Positions 1 to 8,878 are shown, counted from the stretch's first letter. The stretch is DNA of 34,820 bases from an uncultured bacterium (GCA_964548195.1 CAZJQC010000014.1:1-34820); one strand, 5' to 3'. Numbers and translations are program-made. Notes: generated by a model from the letters alone, not told the origin.

Positions 1-42
1 AAACAGAACAAAAAACAGCATCAGAAAAGAAATTCTTTTCAC
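1..42 (-). CDS. 5' end of an exported or membrane protein gene that runs off the window edge (MKRISFLMLFFVLF...)
   Basis: Minus strand reads AAAGGAG-atgtcc-GTG AAA AGA ATT TCT TTT CTG ATG CTG...; a basic then hydrophobic N-terminus fits a signal peptide. An in-frame ATG at 48 overlaps the SD. Confidence 0.6.
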   Translation of the reverse strand, partial: MKRISFLMLFFVLF

Positions 43-94
43 GGACATCTCCTTTGTTTTAAACCCACTGCAATAAAAAAAACTTCACTAAATC

Positions 95-122
95 ATGATG
101 GCATATAAATAACAGTTGTCAA
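95..122 (-). promoter_or_regulatory. Putative sigma70-type promoter for the truncated gene
   Basis: TTGACA (117-122), 16 nt, TGc-CATCAT (95-100); the -10 box is weak. Confidence 0.35.
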
Positions 123-143
123 TAAAAATACAACCGTTAAGTA

Positions 144-1745
144 TTATACCTCTTTTGTTTTTAAATCATCCATATCCACCGATTGTGTGGCGATCTTTCT
201 CACGAATCTGCGGTCATGTTCGACGAATATCATGGTGGGCTGAAACTTCAGGATGACATCCTCGATCTGTTCCCGGGTGACAGCATCCACATAGTTCATG
301 GGTTCGTCCCATATGAGCAGATGAGCCTCCTCTGTGAGGGATCTGCAGAGCTCCACCTTTTTCAATTCGCCCATGCTGAATGTCTCCAGCGGCTGTTCGA
401 AGATCTCACCCTCCACGCCCATGATGCCCAGTACATTTCTGAAGACCGTCTCGTCGATTCCCGACTCCAGGAGCTTTTTGCGCAGGGACCCTTCTGCCCA
501 TCGGGGCACCTGGTTTGCCCATGACACCTTCACGTGTCCGGGCAGATATATGCGCCCGGTATACGCCAGCTCGCCACGCAGTGTTCTTAAAAGCGTCGTC
601 TTTCCCGAACCGTTGCCTCCTTCCACGGCCAGCCTCTCGCCTTTATTCAGCGAAAAGTTCACATTCTCAAAAACGTTCCTTCCCCCGTATCCCGCGGCGA
701 GTTCCGACACGGCGGCCACGGTAGTCCCCACACGTGCGTTTTCCGTATTAAGCTTCAGCGTCCTTTTTTTCACCTTTTCCTGAAACAGCGATTCCTTCTC
801 CTCTATGGCCCTGTTCACCCGCGCCTCGTAGACCTTGGATGTCTTCATGAGTTTGGCGGCCAGGGCGCCGACATGCCCCTTATCATATGCCCCGGCTTTC
901 CCCTTCTCCACCGCCATGCTCCATCTGGCCTTGTTTGTCATGGCGCGCTTCATGTTACTGATCTCAGCCTTCAGCTTGATGTTTTTCTTCTCATCCTCCT
1001 CAAGCCTTTTCCTGTTATGCTCGGCCCAGACGGAGAAATTGCCCGCGATCACCTCGATGGTGTTCATACCTATGTAAAGGGTATGGTCACAGCATGAATC
1101 CAGAAAATCCCTGTCATGCGAGACCACCATGAACCCTCTTTTTTGTGAAAGGTATCTCCCCAGCATGGCCCTTCCGGAGACATCCAGGTGGTTTGTAGGC
1201 TCGTCAAGAAGGGGAAACACGCCTTTTCTCAGGAAAAGGGCTATGATGCCGCATCTTGTACGCTCTCCGGGAGAGAGCTCAGTGATGTCGCGGTCCATAT
1301 CCGCTTCCGAAAAGCCCAGAAGAGAAGCCTCGCGCAAGATATCAGACTCAAGCTCGTAACCGCCCAGAAGTTCATAGCGTGACATAAGCTCGCCCAGTTC
1401 CTTCAGGGATGAAGCGTCCGTTCTGTTCCCAAGCTCAGCGATCTTTCGCCTGAGTATTCCGAAGGGGACGCACATATCCGTTATGGCGTCCATGGCCTTT
1501 GTGCCGGGCGCGTATTCATACTGTGAGTAGACGGAGACCTCGAACTTCTTTTGGACGGACATATGCCCTTCAGTCGGCGTGATGCCGCCCTTTATGATCT
1601 TTAAAAGCGTTGTCTTTCCCGCGCCGTTTCTGCCCACGATGCCTGTGCGCCAGGCGGTATCCAGTGTAAGGTCGACATCTTCGAATATGACCCGATAGGG
1701 GTCGGGATAATAATATGACATCCTGTCAAATATGATTATACTCAT
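144..1745 (-). CDS. ABC-F ATPase, Lsa/CplR-like ribosomal protection protein family
   Basis: Two NBDs (GRNGAGKT/LSPGE/LLDEPTNHLD and GGNGSGKT/FSMGE/IWDEP) and no TM segment. The N-terminus IFEDVDLTLDTAWRTGIVGRNG and linker KLKAEI..KARWS..VEK..DKGHVGALAAKLMK resemble the Lsa family. GAGG SD. Confidence 0.85.
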   Translation of the reverse strand: MSIIIFDRMSYYYPDPYRVIFEDVDLTLDTAWRTGIVGRNGAGKTTLLKIIKGGITPTEGHMSVQKKFEVSVYSQYEYAPGTKAMDAITDMCVPFGILRRKIAELGNRTDASSLKELGELMSRYELLGGYELESDILREASLLGFSEADMDRDITELSPGERTRCGIIALFLRKGVFPLLDEPTNHLDVSGRAMLGRYLSQKRGFMVVSHDRDFLDSCCDHTLYIGMNTIEVIAGNFSVWAEHNRKRLEEDEKKNIKLKAEISNMKRAMTNKARWSMAVEKGKAGAYDKGHVGALAAKLMKTSKVYEARVNRAIEEKESLFQEKVKKRTLKLNTENARVGTTVAAVSELAAGYGGRNVFENVNFSLNKGERLAVEGGNGSGKTTLLRTLRGELAYTGRIYLPGHVKVSWANQVPRWAEGSLRKKLLESGIDETVFRNVLGIMGVEGEIFEQPLETFSMGELKKVELCRSLTEEAHLLIWDEPMNYVDAVTREQIEDVILKFQPTMIFVEHDRRFVRKIATQSVDMDDLKTKEV

Positions 1746-1827
1746 GGCAATACCTCGTCTGTTGATAAATATGATGTTGGAATATACAAAAGATTATATG
1801 TAAGGCTTAGAAAATATTCATGCATAC

Positions 1828-1855
1828 ATAATACCACACGTTCACCCGTTTTCAA
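1828..1855 (-). promoter_or_regulatory. Putative promoter of the ABC-F gene
   Basis: TTGAAA (1850-1855), 16 nt, extended -10 TGgTATTAT (hexamer 1828-1833). Confidence 0.55.
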
Positions 1856-1992
1856 TATTTTTTTTGTTTCTCATAAAACTACGTATTCCGGGCCGTTTTT
1901 TACGGCCGGATCATCAATACGCATTCCTGCAGGATCAGTGTCTTCAAATATGCATAATTACTTTTTTCGTATGGCTCTTTTATCAAAAGAAC

Positions 1993-2001
1993 TGCTATAA
2001 T
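1993..2001 (+). promoter_or_regulatory. Extended -10 promoter element upstream of the carboxypeptidase gene
   Basis: Perfect TGcTATAAT, followed by SD GAGGTGA (2008-2014) and ATG at 2023. Confidence 0.55.
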
Positions 2002-2022
2002 AGAGACGAGGTGATGGATGAT

Positions 2023-2835
2023 ATGAGACGTATTATATTATTTTCCTTTTTTTTCATTATATTGTCTTTTAATGTCCGCGGCGGCCGCCTGATGCTTGTC
2101 GGGCCGGACAACCCCGTGGAAGAAGGCCATGCGCCGGAGACGGTACGGCTTGAGCCGGAACTCTGCTACGGAGCGAAAAATATAAGGCTGGCTCCGGAAG
2201 CCGCCGGGGCCTTTATGCTCATGGCGGAAGCATGCGCGGCCAGCGGCAACGGTAAAATAGCGGCCGTAAGCGGCTACAGGTCCGTTGCGACGCAGAAGCG
2301 GATCTTTGAACGGGAAATAAAGAACACGGGCAAAAGCAGGGAGGCGATCGCGGCGTACATAGCCGTACCAGGCACAAGCGAACATCAGACCGGCCTTGCC
2401 GTTGACATAACCACGCCCGCCCTGGCCGCGGCAGGCATGGCGCTTACGGGCGCGCTCGCGGACACCCCGCAGGGCCGCTGGGTAAAAAACCACTGTTATG
2501 AATACGGCTTCGTCATCCGTTACCCGCAGGGGAAAAGTCATGTCACGGGCATCATACATGAGCCATGGCATCTGCGCTATGCGGGCCTCCCCCATGCCGC
2601 CATCATGTCGCTTTCGGAACTCGCGCTGGAGGAATATTATTCATTCTGGGAGACACATGAGATCACATTGCTTTATATGGACGACAGCTTTTTTGTCACA
2701 GTCAGTGATGACGGCACAACAGGCGGATATTTGAGGAATGCCTTTCTGCCGCCAGGGTTTCTTTATTCCCGCACCGTGCTTGACAACGGCATCGCCCTGA
2801 ACACTTCTTTATTCGCCGGACGGGGCTTTCATTAA
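2023..2835 (+). CDS. M15B family D-alanyl-D-alanine carboxypeptidase (VanY/LdcB-like), exported
   Basis: Motifs SGYRS, PGTSEHQTGLAVD (SxHxxGxAxD) and EPWH; N-terminal signal/anchor MRRIILFSFFFIILSF. Start moved from 1864 to the SD-supported ATG at 2023. Confidence 0.88.
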   Translation: MRRIILFSFFFIILSFNVRGGRLMLVGPDNPVEEGHAPETVRLEPELCYGAKNIRLAPEAAGAFMLMAEACAASGNGKIAAVSGYRSVATQKRIFEREIKNTGKSREAIAAYIAVPGTSEHQTGLAVDITTPALAAAGMALTGALADTPQGRWVKNHCYEYGFVIRYPQGKSHVTGIIHEPWHLRYAGLPHAAIMSLSELALEEYYSFWETHEITLLYMDDSFFVTVSDDGTTGGYLRNAFLPPGFLYSRTVLDNGIALNTSLFAGRGFH

Positions 2836-2843
2836 ATTTTCAT

Positions 2844-2874
2844 AAAAAAAAGGGGGCGGTGAAAATCCGCCCCC
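2844..2874 (-). terminator. Rho-independent terminator between convergent genes
   Basis: GGGGGCGG-tgaaaat-CCGCCCCC hairpin with an 8-A tract on its left (U-tract on the minus strand). Confidence 0.8.
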
Positions 2875-2880
2875 GCAGTC

Positions 2881-3837
2881 TTATTCCTTTGTCTTTTTGA
2901 CAGGCGTCTTGTCGAACATGGTCTTCACGGCTTCTATGGAGCCGAGTATGCCGGTCGCCTCATAAGGCAGGAGGACAGTCTTGTCTCCCACGGAGATCAT
3001 ATCCTTAAACGCGTCTATGTATTTAATGGCGATCAGATAATCGCCCGGCCTTGTACCGGATTTGCCCAGCGCCGCATTGATCTTCTCGATGGCTTCGGCC
3101 TCCGCTCTGGCGATTGTAAGCCTTGCCTCGGCAACGCCTTCGGCCTCAAGCACTTTTGCCCGTTTGCTTCCCTCCGCGGTGAGTATGGAGGAAGTCTTCT
3201 GGCCTTCGGCGGTGAGTATGGTGGCTCTTCTGTCACGCTCGGCGCGCATCTGTTTTTCCATGGCGTTTTTTATGTCCTGAGGCGGGTTGATATCCTGCAG
3301 TTCCACCCTGTTCACTTTCACGCCCCATTTGTCGGTGGCTTCATCAAGTATTGTCCTCAGCTTGGTGTTGATGGTGTCGCGGCTTGCAAGTGTCTCATCC
3401 AGGTCAAGTTCGCCGATGACATTACGAAGCGTGGTCTGTGTGAGTTTTTCAATGGCTTCAGGCAGTATTTCCACCTCATATACGGCTTTTGACGGCTCGG
3501 TGATCTGAAAATACAGCAACGCGTTGATCTCTATGGTAACATTGTCCTTGGTGATCACGTTCTGTTTGGGGAAATCATATACCGTTTCGCGCAGGTCGAT
3601 GCGCTCCACAGACGACTGGGTGATGAAATTTTCGCCCCTGTATTCCTTTACTTTGCGCACCATCATCTGGCGCGACCTTTCAAATATGGGTATGATGATG
3701 TGTATGCCGCTCTGCAGTATTCTGTTGAAACGGCCGAGCCTTTCAACGACCATGACTTCCGCCTGGCGGACTATCACTATGCCTTTGGCTATAAAGATAA
3801 GCACAAGGATCGCAATAACAATAATAAACCCGATCAT
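2881..3837 (-). CDS. SPFH/Band-7 (stomatin/QmcA-like) membrane protein
   Basis: N-terminal TM, VVERLG, IDLRE, QNVITKDNV, TTLRNVIG, AMEKQMRAERDRRA. Start reassigned to ATG 3837 (ATGA overlap with the nfeD stop). Confidence 0.92.
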   Translation of the reverse strand: MIGFIIVIAILVLIFIAKGIVIVRQAEVMVVERLGRFNRILQSGIHIIIPIFERSRQMMVRKVKEYRGENFITQSSVERIDLRETVYDFPKQNVITKDNVTIEINALLYFQITEPSKAVYEVEILPEAIEKLTQTTLRNVIGELDLDETLASRDTINTKLRTILDEATDKWGVKVNRVELQDINPPQDIKNAMEKQMRAERDRRATILTAEGQKTSSILTAEGSKRAKVLEAEGVAEARLTIARAEAEAIEKINAALGKSGTRPGDYLIAIKYIDAFKDMISVGDKTVLLPYEATGILGSIEAVKTMFDKTPVKKTKE

Positions 3838-4277
3838 TCTTCTCCTTCCGCAACCGGCCTCACCGTCAGGACGTTTCCGTCCGAGCTGACCACGATGACC
3901 TGTTTTCCTTTTTCTATGGACCCGCCGTCGAAGGCCAATGCCCTCCATGAGTCTCCGTATATGCGTACGTAGCCTCCGGCCGCCCCGTTCACCGTCTCCT
4001 CCACAAAGCCTTTTTTTCCTTCTATCGCGTAAAAATTAGTCTTCATCTCCCCTTTGCCGTAAAACATCTTCACGGCCAGTCTTCGTATGAATGTGAATAT
4101 CATCAGATTGGCAAACACGAAAAAGATCCAGCACGGCACGCTCTGCCTTACAAAGAGTGAAAAGATGCCCGTCAGCACTGAGGCAAGCCCGACGCTGGCA
4201 AGAAAAAAGCCGGGAGTGAATATCTCGGCCACCATAAGCAGGGCGCCCGCCAGCACCCATATCATAAAGGGGCTCAT
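3834..4277 (-). CDS. NfeD family membrane protein (SPFH partner)
   Basis: Hydrophobic N-half with AEIFTPGFFL, C-terminal OB-fold-like GYVRIYGDSWRA; coupled to the SPFH gene. Confidence 0.88.
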   Translation of the reverse strand: MSPFMIWVLAGALLMVAEIFTPGFFLASVGLASVLTGIFSLFVRQSVPCWIFFVFANLMIFTFIRRLAVKMFYGKGEMKTNFYAIEGKKGFVEETVNGAAGGYVRIYGDSWRALAFDGGSIEKGKQVIVVSSDGNVLTVRPVAEGEE

Positions 4278-5071
4278 CTGAACCGCCCCGTCCTGAACGC
4301 AGGCGGCATCACGCGCTTGTGTTCCGAAGCGTCAAAAAGTTTTTTTAGCCTGGGGGCGGCCTTTTCGCCGTCCACGCCTTTGAGCCTGTCCGGTATGGAA
4401 AGCCCTTCCGATTTCCTTATCGCGCATTCGATCTCGTCATAGGAGAGCCCGATCTCTTTTTCGTCCGTCTGGCCCCGCCATAATCCGCCCGAAGGCACCT
4501 TTTCAAGTATTTCGGGGATCACACCCAGAAAAGCGCCCAGCTTTTTGACTTCATATTTAAACAGGTCAGTTATGGGCAGTATGTCCGCCCCTCCGTCTCC
4601 GTATTTGGTAAAATAGCCGATCATCTCTTCGGATCTGTTGCCGGTGCCTATCACAAGATAACCGTTTATCTGCGCGTAATAATAGAGCATGGCCATCCTG
4701 AGCCTCGCCTTGGTGTTCGCCAGGGCAAGAAGTTCCGGTTTGGCATGGTCGTCCGACAGGTCATGGTCGCGGCCGTTATTACCCGCGGCCTTTCTGAACT
4801 CGCCGAACATGTTTTCCAGCGGCGCGATATGATACGGCACGTCGAATTTTTCGCAGAGTCGTATGGCCAGTGCCTCGTCTTCGCCGGGATTGCCGCATGG
4901 CATTATGATGCCGAGTGTGTTTTTTGGGAATGCAAGTCTTGTCAGCAGCAGGGTCACGGCGGAATCCACTCCGCCGGAAACGCCGACGACTCCGCCGGAA
5001 GCGCCCGCCGCGTCTATGTGTTTTTTGATCCAAGCCGTGATGTCGCGGGCCAAAGCCGCATAATCAATCAT
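4274..5071 (-). CDS. nadE: NH3-dependent NAD+ synthetase
   Basis: SGGVDS, NTKARLRM, GTGNRSE, GYFTKYGDG, PSGGLW..QTDE, SEHKR. Confidence 0.95.
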   Translation of the reverse strand: MIDYAALARDITAWIKKHIDAAGASGGVVGVSGGVDSAVTLLLTRLAFPKNTLGIIMPCGNPGEDEALAIRLCEKFDVPYHIAPLENMFGEFRKAAGNNGRDHDLSDDHAKPELLALANTKARLRMAMLYYYAQINGYLVIGTGNRSEEMIGYFTKYGDGGADILPITDLFKYEVKKLGAFLGVIPEILEKVPSGGLWRGQTDEKEIGLSYDEIECAIRKSEGLSIPDRLKGVDGEKAAPRLKKLFDASEHKRVMPPAFRTGRFR

Positions 5072-5072
5072 G

Positions 5073-5411
5073 TCATTCTCCTTCCATGACCTGTATCCAG
5101 CCGTGTCCGATCTTTTTCTGCCAGCCCTTGAACTTATACACCGCGCCGCGTATGCCGGGCAATACCCTTATCTGCCTGTCCAGCGCCTCAAGCGTGGCCT
5201 TGTATTCATGGCCAAGTTTCTCGGAAATGAGATTTTCGGAATAATAGAATTCCTTGCGTATTTTCATGACAGTGACATCGGTGCGCTCGACACGCCCCTT
5301 CAGATATGCCACGCCGTTTATGACGGATATATCCATGGACGAAGTCTGAAGTCCCAGACTCACAACAACACGTCTGACCATTGAAGTCATTTGAAAATCA
5401 GATATCGTCAT
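5073..5411 (-). CDS. Hypothetical protein, possible BON-like domain
   Basis: ISVINGVAYLKGRV and IRVLPGIRGA resemble the two halves of a BON domain; tightly packed in the run. Confidence 0.5.
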   Translation of the reverse strand: MTISDFQMTSMVRRVVVSLGLQTSSMDISVINGVAYLKGRVERTDVTVMKIRKEFYYSENLISEKLGHEYKATLEALDRQIRVLPGIRGAVYKFKGWQKKIGHGWIQVMEGE

Positions 5412-6525
5412 GATTAAAAGATAGCCTTTTGATTCCGTCCTGCATTTCTTTCATGGAGATTACATCCTCTTTATAAAGATATTCCATATACCCTGCAAGG
5501 AATTTTTTGTCGACAGACCCCAGTATGTCGTCCCAAAGCCCTTCGATGATCTCTTCGGATATGTTCTCCGTCCTCAACATCAGTTTTTTCAGCCTGTGAT
5601 ATTCCTCGCTTCTGGAAATGGCGTAAAGGAACTCAAACTTTTCCCGGAGGTTGCGGTCGGGTATCTCCTTAAGATAGGCCTCTATCTCCTGCGCGTCGCC
5701 CTTTTCCACCAGCAGCTTGAACAGCAGTATGTTGGCGGAAAAATAAACCGGGTTATATTTCAGCGAATTCCTTAAGAAAGACTCGGTCTTGCCGCGTTCA
5801 TTCCTCGAGAGATAATATTCCGCCATCCTGAAGGAGACATCGGGCCAGTCGGGATGTTTGTTGTGCACAAGATTTAACAGCCTGAAGGATGACTCGTCGT
5901 TGCCCAGCTCCGCTTCCACATGAGAGAGCTCAAGACAGACCTTCATATTGTCGGGCTCGAATTCGAGCGCCTCCCTGAACATCCTGCCGGCCTCTTCCGT
6001 CATACCCTGGCTATAGGCGACGGAACCAAGTCCGAAAAGAAATTCATCCACCGGTTTTCCATAGCAGTAGGAGACACAGAAAAAAAGAAAGGCTTTTTCG
6101 TAATCCATGTTTTTCAGATAAAAATCTCCGATGATGGAATAGTACTCCGAATAGACCCGGCCCGTCTTCCCGACGTTGACCAGCTTTCTCATCTCTTCCA
6201 GTTTGACGCCGTGCCCGCCGATCGACGGGACGATGCGGAACATGTCGGTGCTGTCCTCTTTGCCGTACAGTACATAATCCGCGAGTTCCAGATACTTCGA
6301 GTAACGGTTGTTAAGAGCCAGCAGCCGTTTCAGGTTCTCGGAAGCGTCCTCTTTTTTTCCCGAATTATACAGCACCACCGTATAGGGGTAGAGTATGTCG
6401 GGGAAACCCCTGCCGGACTCTATCATCTCTTCAAATGAATTCATGATCTCTTTTACCGGGGCTATGGAGGAGGCAATGCACTCCTCCATAGCTCCGGCGT
6501 TGAGATTATTAAAAAACTCAAGCAT
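5398..6525 (-). CDS. Tetratricopeptide repeat protein
   Basis: Repeated TPR-like units (LGSVAYSQGMTEEAGRMFREALEFEPDN; HPDWPDVSFRMAEYY..SLKYNPVY). Confidence 0.75.
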   Translation of the reverse strand: MLEFFNNLNAGAMEECIASSIAPVKEIMNSFEEMIESGRGFPDILYPYTVVLYNSGKKEDASENLKRLLALNNRYSKYLELADYVLYGKEDSTDMFRIVPSIGGHGVKLEEMRKLVNVGKTGRVYSEYYSIIGDFYLKNMDYEKAFLFFCVSYCYGKPVDEFLFGLGSVAYSQGMTEEAGRMFREALEFEPDNMKVCLELSHVEAELGNDESSFRLLNLVHNKHPDWPDVSFRMAEYYLSRNERGKTESFLRNSLKYNPVYFSANILLFKLLVEKGDAQEIEAYLKEIPDRNLREKFEFLYAISRSEEYHRLKKLMLRTENISEEIIEGLWDDILGSVDKKFLAGYMEYLYKEDVISMKEMQDGIKRLSFNHDDI

Positions 6526-6537
6526 AGTGGTAATATA

Positions 6538-7728
6538 TCATCCGTTATTATATTTATCAAGCGCCCTGGAAAGAAGTCCTATACTTTTTCTCATATCTTC
6601 TTCCTTAAGCACATATGCTATCCTGATCTCATCCCTGCCCTTGCCCTCGGTGGCGTAAAATCCGCTGGCGGGTGACACCATGACGGTCTCGCCCTCGTAT
6701 TCAAAGGATTCAAGCAGCCATTTGGCGAAGTCTTCGCTGTCCTCTATGGGAAGCTTTACCACCGTATAGAACGCGCCCGCGGGTTTGTGGAAAGTCACGC
6801 CTTCGATCTTGGAGAGTTCTTCAAACACGACGTCGCGCCTTCTTCTGTATTCATCCGAGCTCTCTTCAAGATATGTCCTGGAGGTCTTGAACAGGCTCTC
6901 GGCGAGCAGCTGGTCTATGGTCGGCGGGCAAAGCCTCGCCTGTGCCAGCACCATCGCGGCGTTTATAAAGGTCTTGTTTTTTGTGATCATGGCGCCGATC
7001 CTCGCCCCGCAGGCGGAGTAGCGTTTCGACACAGAGTCTATAAGTATGACGCGGTCCTGGTATTCCTTAAAATCCATGACGCTGCAGTGTTCCCTGCCGT
7101 CATACACAAATTCGTTGTACACCTCGTCGCCGATGATCGCGAGGTCGTATTTTTCCGCAAGCTCGAATATTTTCAGCAGGTCCTCTTTTGTATGTACCGT
7201 GCCGGTGGGATTATTGGGCGAGCAGATCATAATGGCTTTTGTCCTGTCATTGATCCGTTTTTCGATCTCGTCTTTCGGCGGAAGGTGAAAACCGTTTTCC
7301 ACTGTCGTGGTAATAGGGGCTATCTTTATATTGGCCATTTTCGCGAAACCGTTGTAATTCGCGTAATAAGGTTCGGGAATGAGCACTTCGTCTTCGGCGT
7401 CCATTGTGACCATGAAAGAAAAGTATATGGCCTCGCTGCCGCCGTTTGTGACAATTATGTCGTTTTCGCCGATGCCGTATCCCAGCCCGTTAAAATAACC
7501 GCACATGGCCGAGCGCAGTTCCGGAATACCGTTCGAAGGGGCGTACTTCAACACCTTTTCATTGAATGTCTTAAGGACGTCGAAACATTCGGGAGGCGTA
7601 TGCACATCAGGCTGTCCTATATTGATGTGATATACCTTAATGCCTCTTTTTTTCGCCGCATCCGAGAAAGGCACCAGCTTCCTTATGGGTGAGGGCGGGA
7701 TGGTACTCATTCTTTTGCTGATAACCAT
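6538..7728 (-). CDS. PLP-dependent class I/II aminotransferase (aspartate aminotransferase-like)
   Basis: SPIRKL, NIGQPD, SPNNPTG, DEVY, DSVSKRYSACGARIG (PLP lysine). AAGGAGG SD supports ATG 7728. Confidence 0.92.
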   Translation of the reverse strand: MVISKRMSTIPPSPIRKLVPFSDAAKKRGIKVYHINIGQPDVHTPPECFDVLKTFNEKVLKYAPSNGIPELRSAMCGYFNGLGYGIGENDIIVTNGGSEAIYFSFMVTMDAEDEVLIPEPYYANYNGFAKMANIKIAPITTTVENGFHLPPKDEIEKRINDRTKAIMICSPNNPTGTVHTKEDLLKIFELAEKYDLAIIGDEVYNEFVYDGREHCSVMDFKEYQDRVILIDSVSKRYSACGARIGAMITKNKTFINAAMVLAQARLCPPTIDQLLAESLFKTSRTYLEESSDEYRRRRDVVFEELSKIEGVTFHKPAGAFYTVVKLPIEDSEDFAKWLLESFEYEGETVMVSPASGFYATEGKGRDEIRIAYVLKEEDMRKSIGLLSRALDKYNNG

Positions 7729-7750
7729 ATCGATCAATCCTCCTTTTCAT

Positions 7751-7785
7751 AAAAAAAGGCACGAAGGGGTAAGCCTTCGCGCCTT
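7751..7785 (-). terminator. Rho-independent terminator after tonB
   Basis: Minus strand AAGGCGCGAAGG-cttacc-CCTTCGTGCCTT followed by a T run. Confidence 0.8.
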
Positions 7786-7811
7786 AATCGAAACGATATG
7801 ACACTAAGTAA

Positions 7812-8441
7812 TTATCGTAAGGTAAAGGTGTACGTCAAAGCAAACCACACGGCAACCGGCTGGCCATTGTTTTCAGCGGGCTGGAATGTGGCCTTATAAG
7901 ACGCTTCCAGCGCTGCCTTGTCAAGTGCCTCGGCTGTTCCCTTGAGGAGTATGGACCTTTTTACTGTTCCGTCAAGTCCAATGAACACCTTTACGAAAAC
8001 TCTGCCCTCAAGCCCCGCTTTTCTGGCGAGTTCCGGATATTCCGGAGCCGGTTTGTACTTGACGATGGGCGGATTGGAGTACGGTATGAACGCATCCGGC
8101 GGCGGCACGTCGGTATCGACGGCCTGCTGGTCCAGGTTCAGATCCGTATCCGCGATTGTCTCTTCTTCATCCACTTCTTCGTCATTCTCGGCCTCGACCA
8201 CCTGCTTGGGTTTCTGTACGACCTGCGGCTCGGTGGGTTCCTGTATGACTTCGGTCTGATCGATCACGTCTACTTTTACTTCCCTGATCTTCTTGGGCCT
8301 GTAAGGCTGGGGTTTTGGACTGGGTATGCCCCAGAACATAATAAGCATGACCAGCAGGCTGGCGACGGCGGCAATCCTGCCGTACAGCGAATCCAGGTCC
8401 TGAAGTCTGACTCTTTTTGTTTCCGTAGCCACTTCCATCAC
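7812..8441 (-). CDS. tonB: TonB family energy transducer
   Basis: N-terminal TM, Pro/acidic linker, C-terminal [29 protein letters not shown]; follows exbBDD. Confidence 0.9.
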   Translation of the reverse strand: MMEVATETKRVRLQDLDSLYGRIAAVASLLVMLIMFWGIPSPKPQPYRPKKIREVKVDVIDQTEVIQEPTEPQVVQKPKQVVEAENDEEVDEEETIADTDLNLDQQAVDTDVPPPDAFIPYSNPPIVKYKPAPEYPELARKAGLEGRVFVKVFIGLDGTVKRSILLKGTAEALDKAALEASYKATFQPAENNGQPVAVWFALTYTFTLR

Positions 8442-8866
8442 CTTACCCCTCCGATATCCACTTTAGCTCCGAGCACCACTTTCAACGCCTGCGAAGCTTT
8501 CAATTCCTCAAAGACATTATCAATGGCGCCGTACTTTGTGGACTTATCGGCTTTTACCTCAACAATAAGCTCTCCGTTGGTCTCAAACATCTTCTGGTCC
8601 ATGATATTGCTGACAAACTCCATGGGGACAAACTTGTCCTCTATGGCGACTTTGCCCTGCTCATTTATCCAGATCACCGACAGGTTTTTCCTGGAAAGCT
8701 TTTCAACTTTTTCAGCTGAGGGTAATTTAATGTCAATTCCGTTATCAACTTTAAACACCGTTGTGACCATGAAGAACACCAGCAAGAGGAAAGCGATATC
8801 GGACATAGACGAACTCGGGATGCTGTTAGCAGTCGCGTTTCTTTCTTTTCTTTTTATAACAGACAT
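8438..8866 (-). CDS. exbD: ExbD/TolR family protein (second copy)
   Basis: [19 protein letters not shown] with the conserved Asp; [14 protein letters not shown]. Confidence 0.9.
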   Translation of the reverse strand: MSVIKRKERNATANSIPSSSMSDIAFLLLVFFMVTTVFKVDNGIDIKLPSAEKVEKLSRKNLSVIWINEQGKVAIEDKFVPMEFVSNIMDQKMFETNGELIVEVKADKSTKYGAIDNVFEELKASQALKVVLGAKVDIGGVR

Positions 8867-8878
8867 AACTCCCCCCCG

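Noticed and set aside
1864..2022. Long N-terminal extension of the carboxypeptidase in the ORF track
   Set aside because: It spans the promoter; the SD and signal peptide point to ATG 2023. The same reasoning applies to track starts 3948, 9985, 18558, 24024, 25103 and 33309.
2023..2835. Vancomycin-resistance cluster
   Set aside because: Only a VanY-like M15B peptidase is present, with no vanHAX, vanRS or ligase nearby; such peptidases are often housekeeping.
6787..7692. 301-aa ORF antisense to the aminotransferase, plus the many short nested ORFs in the track
   Set aside because: All overlap well-supported genes and lack independent evidence.
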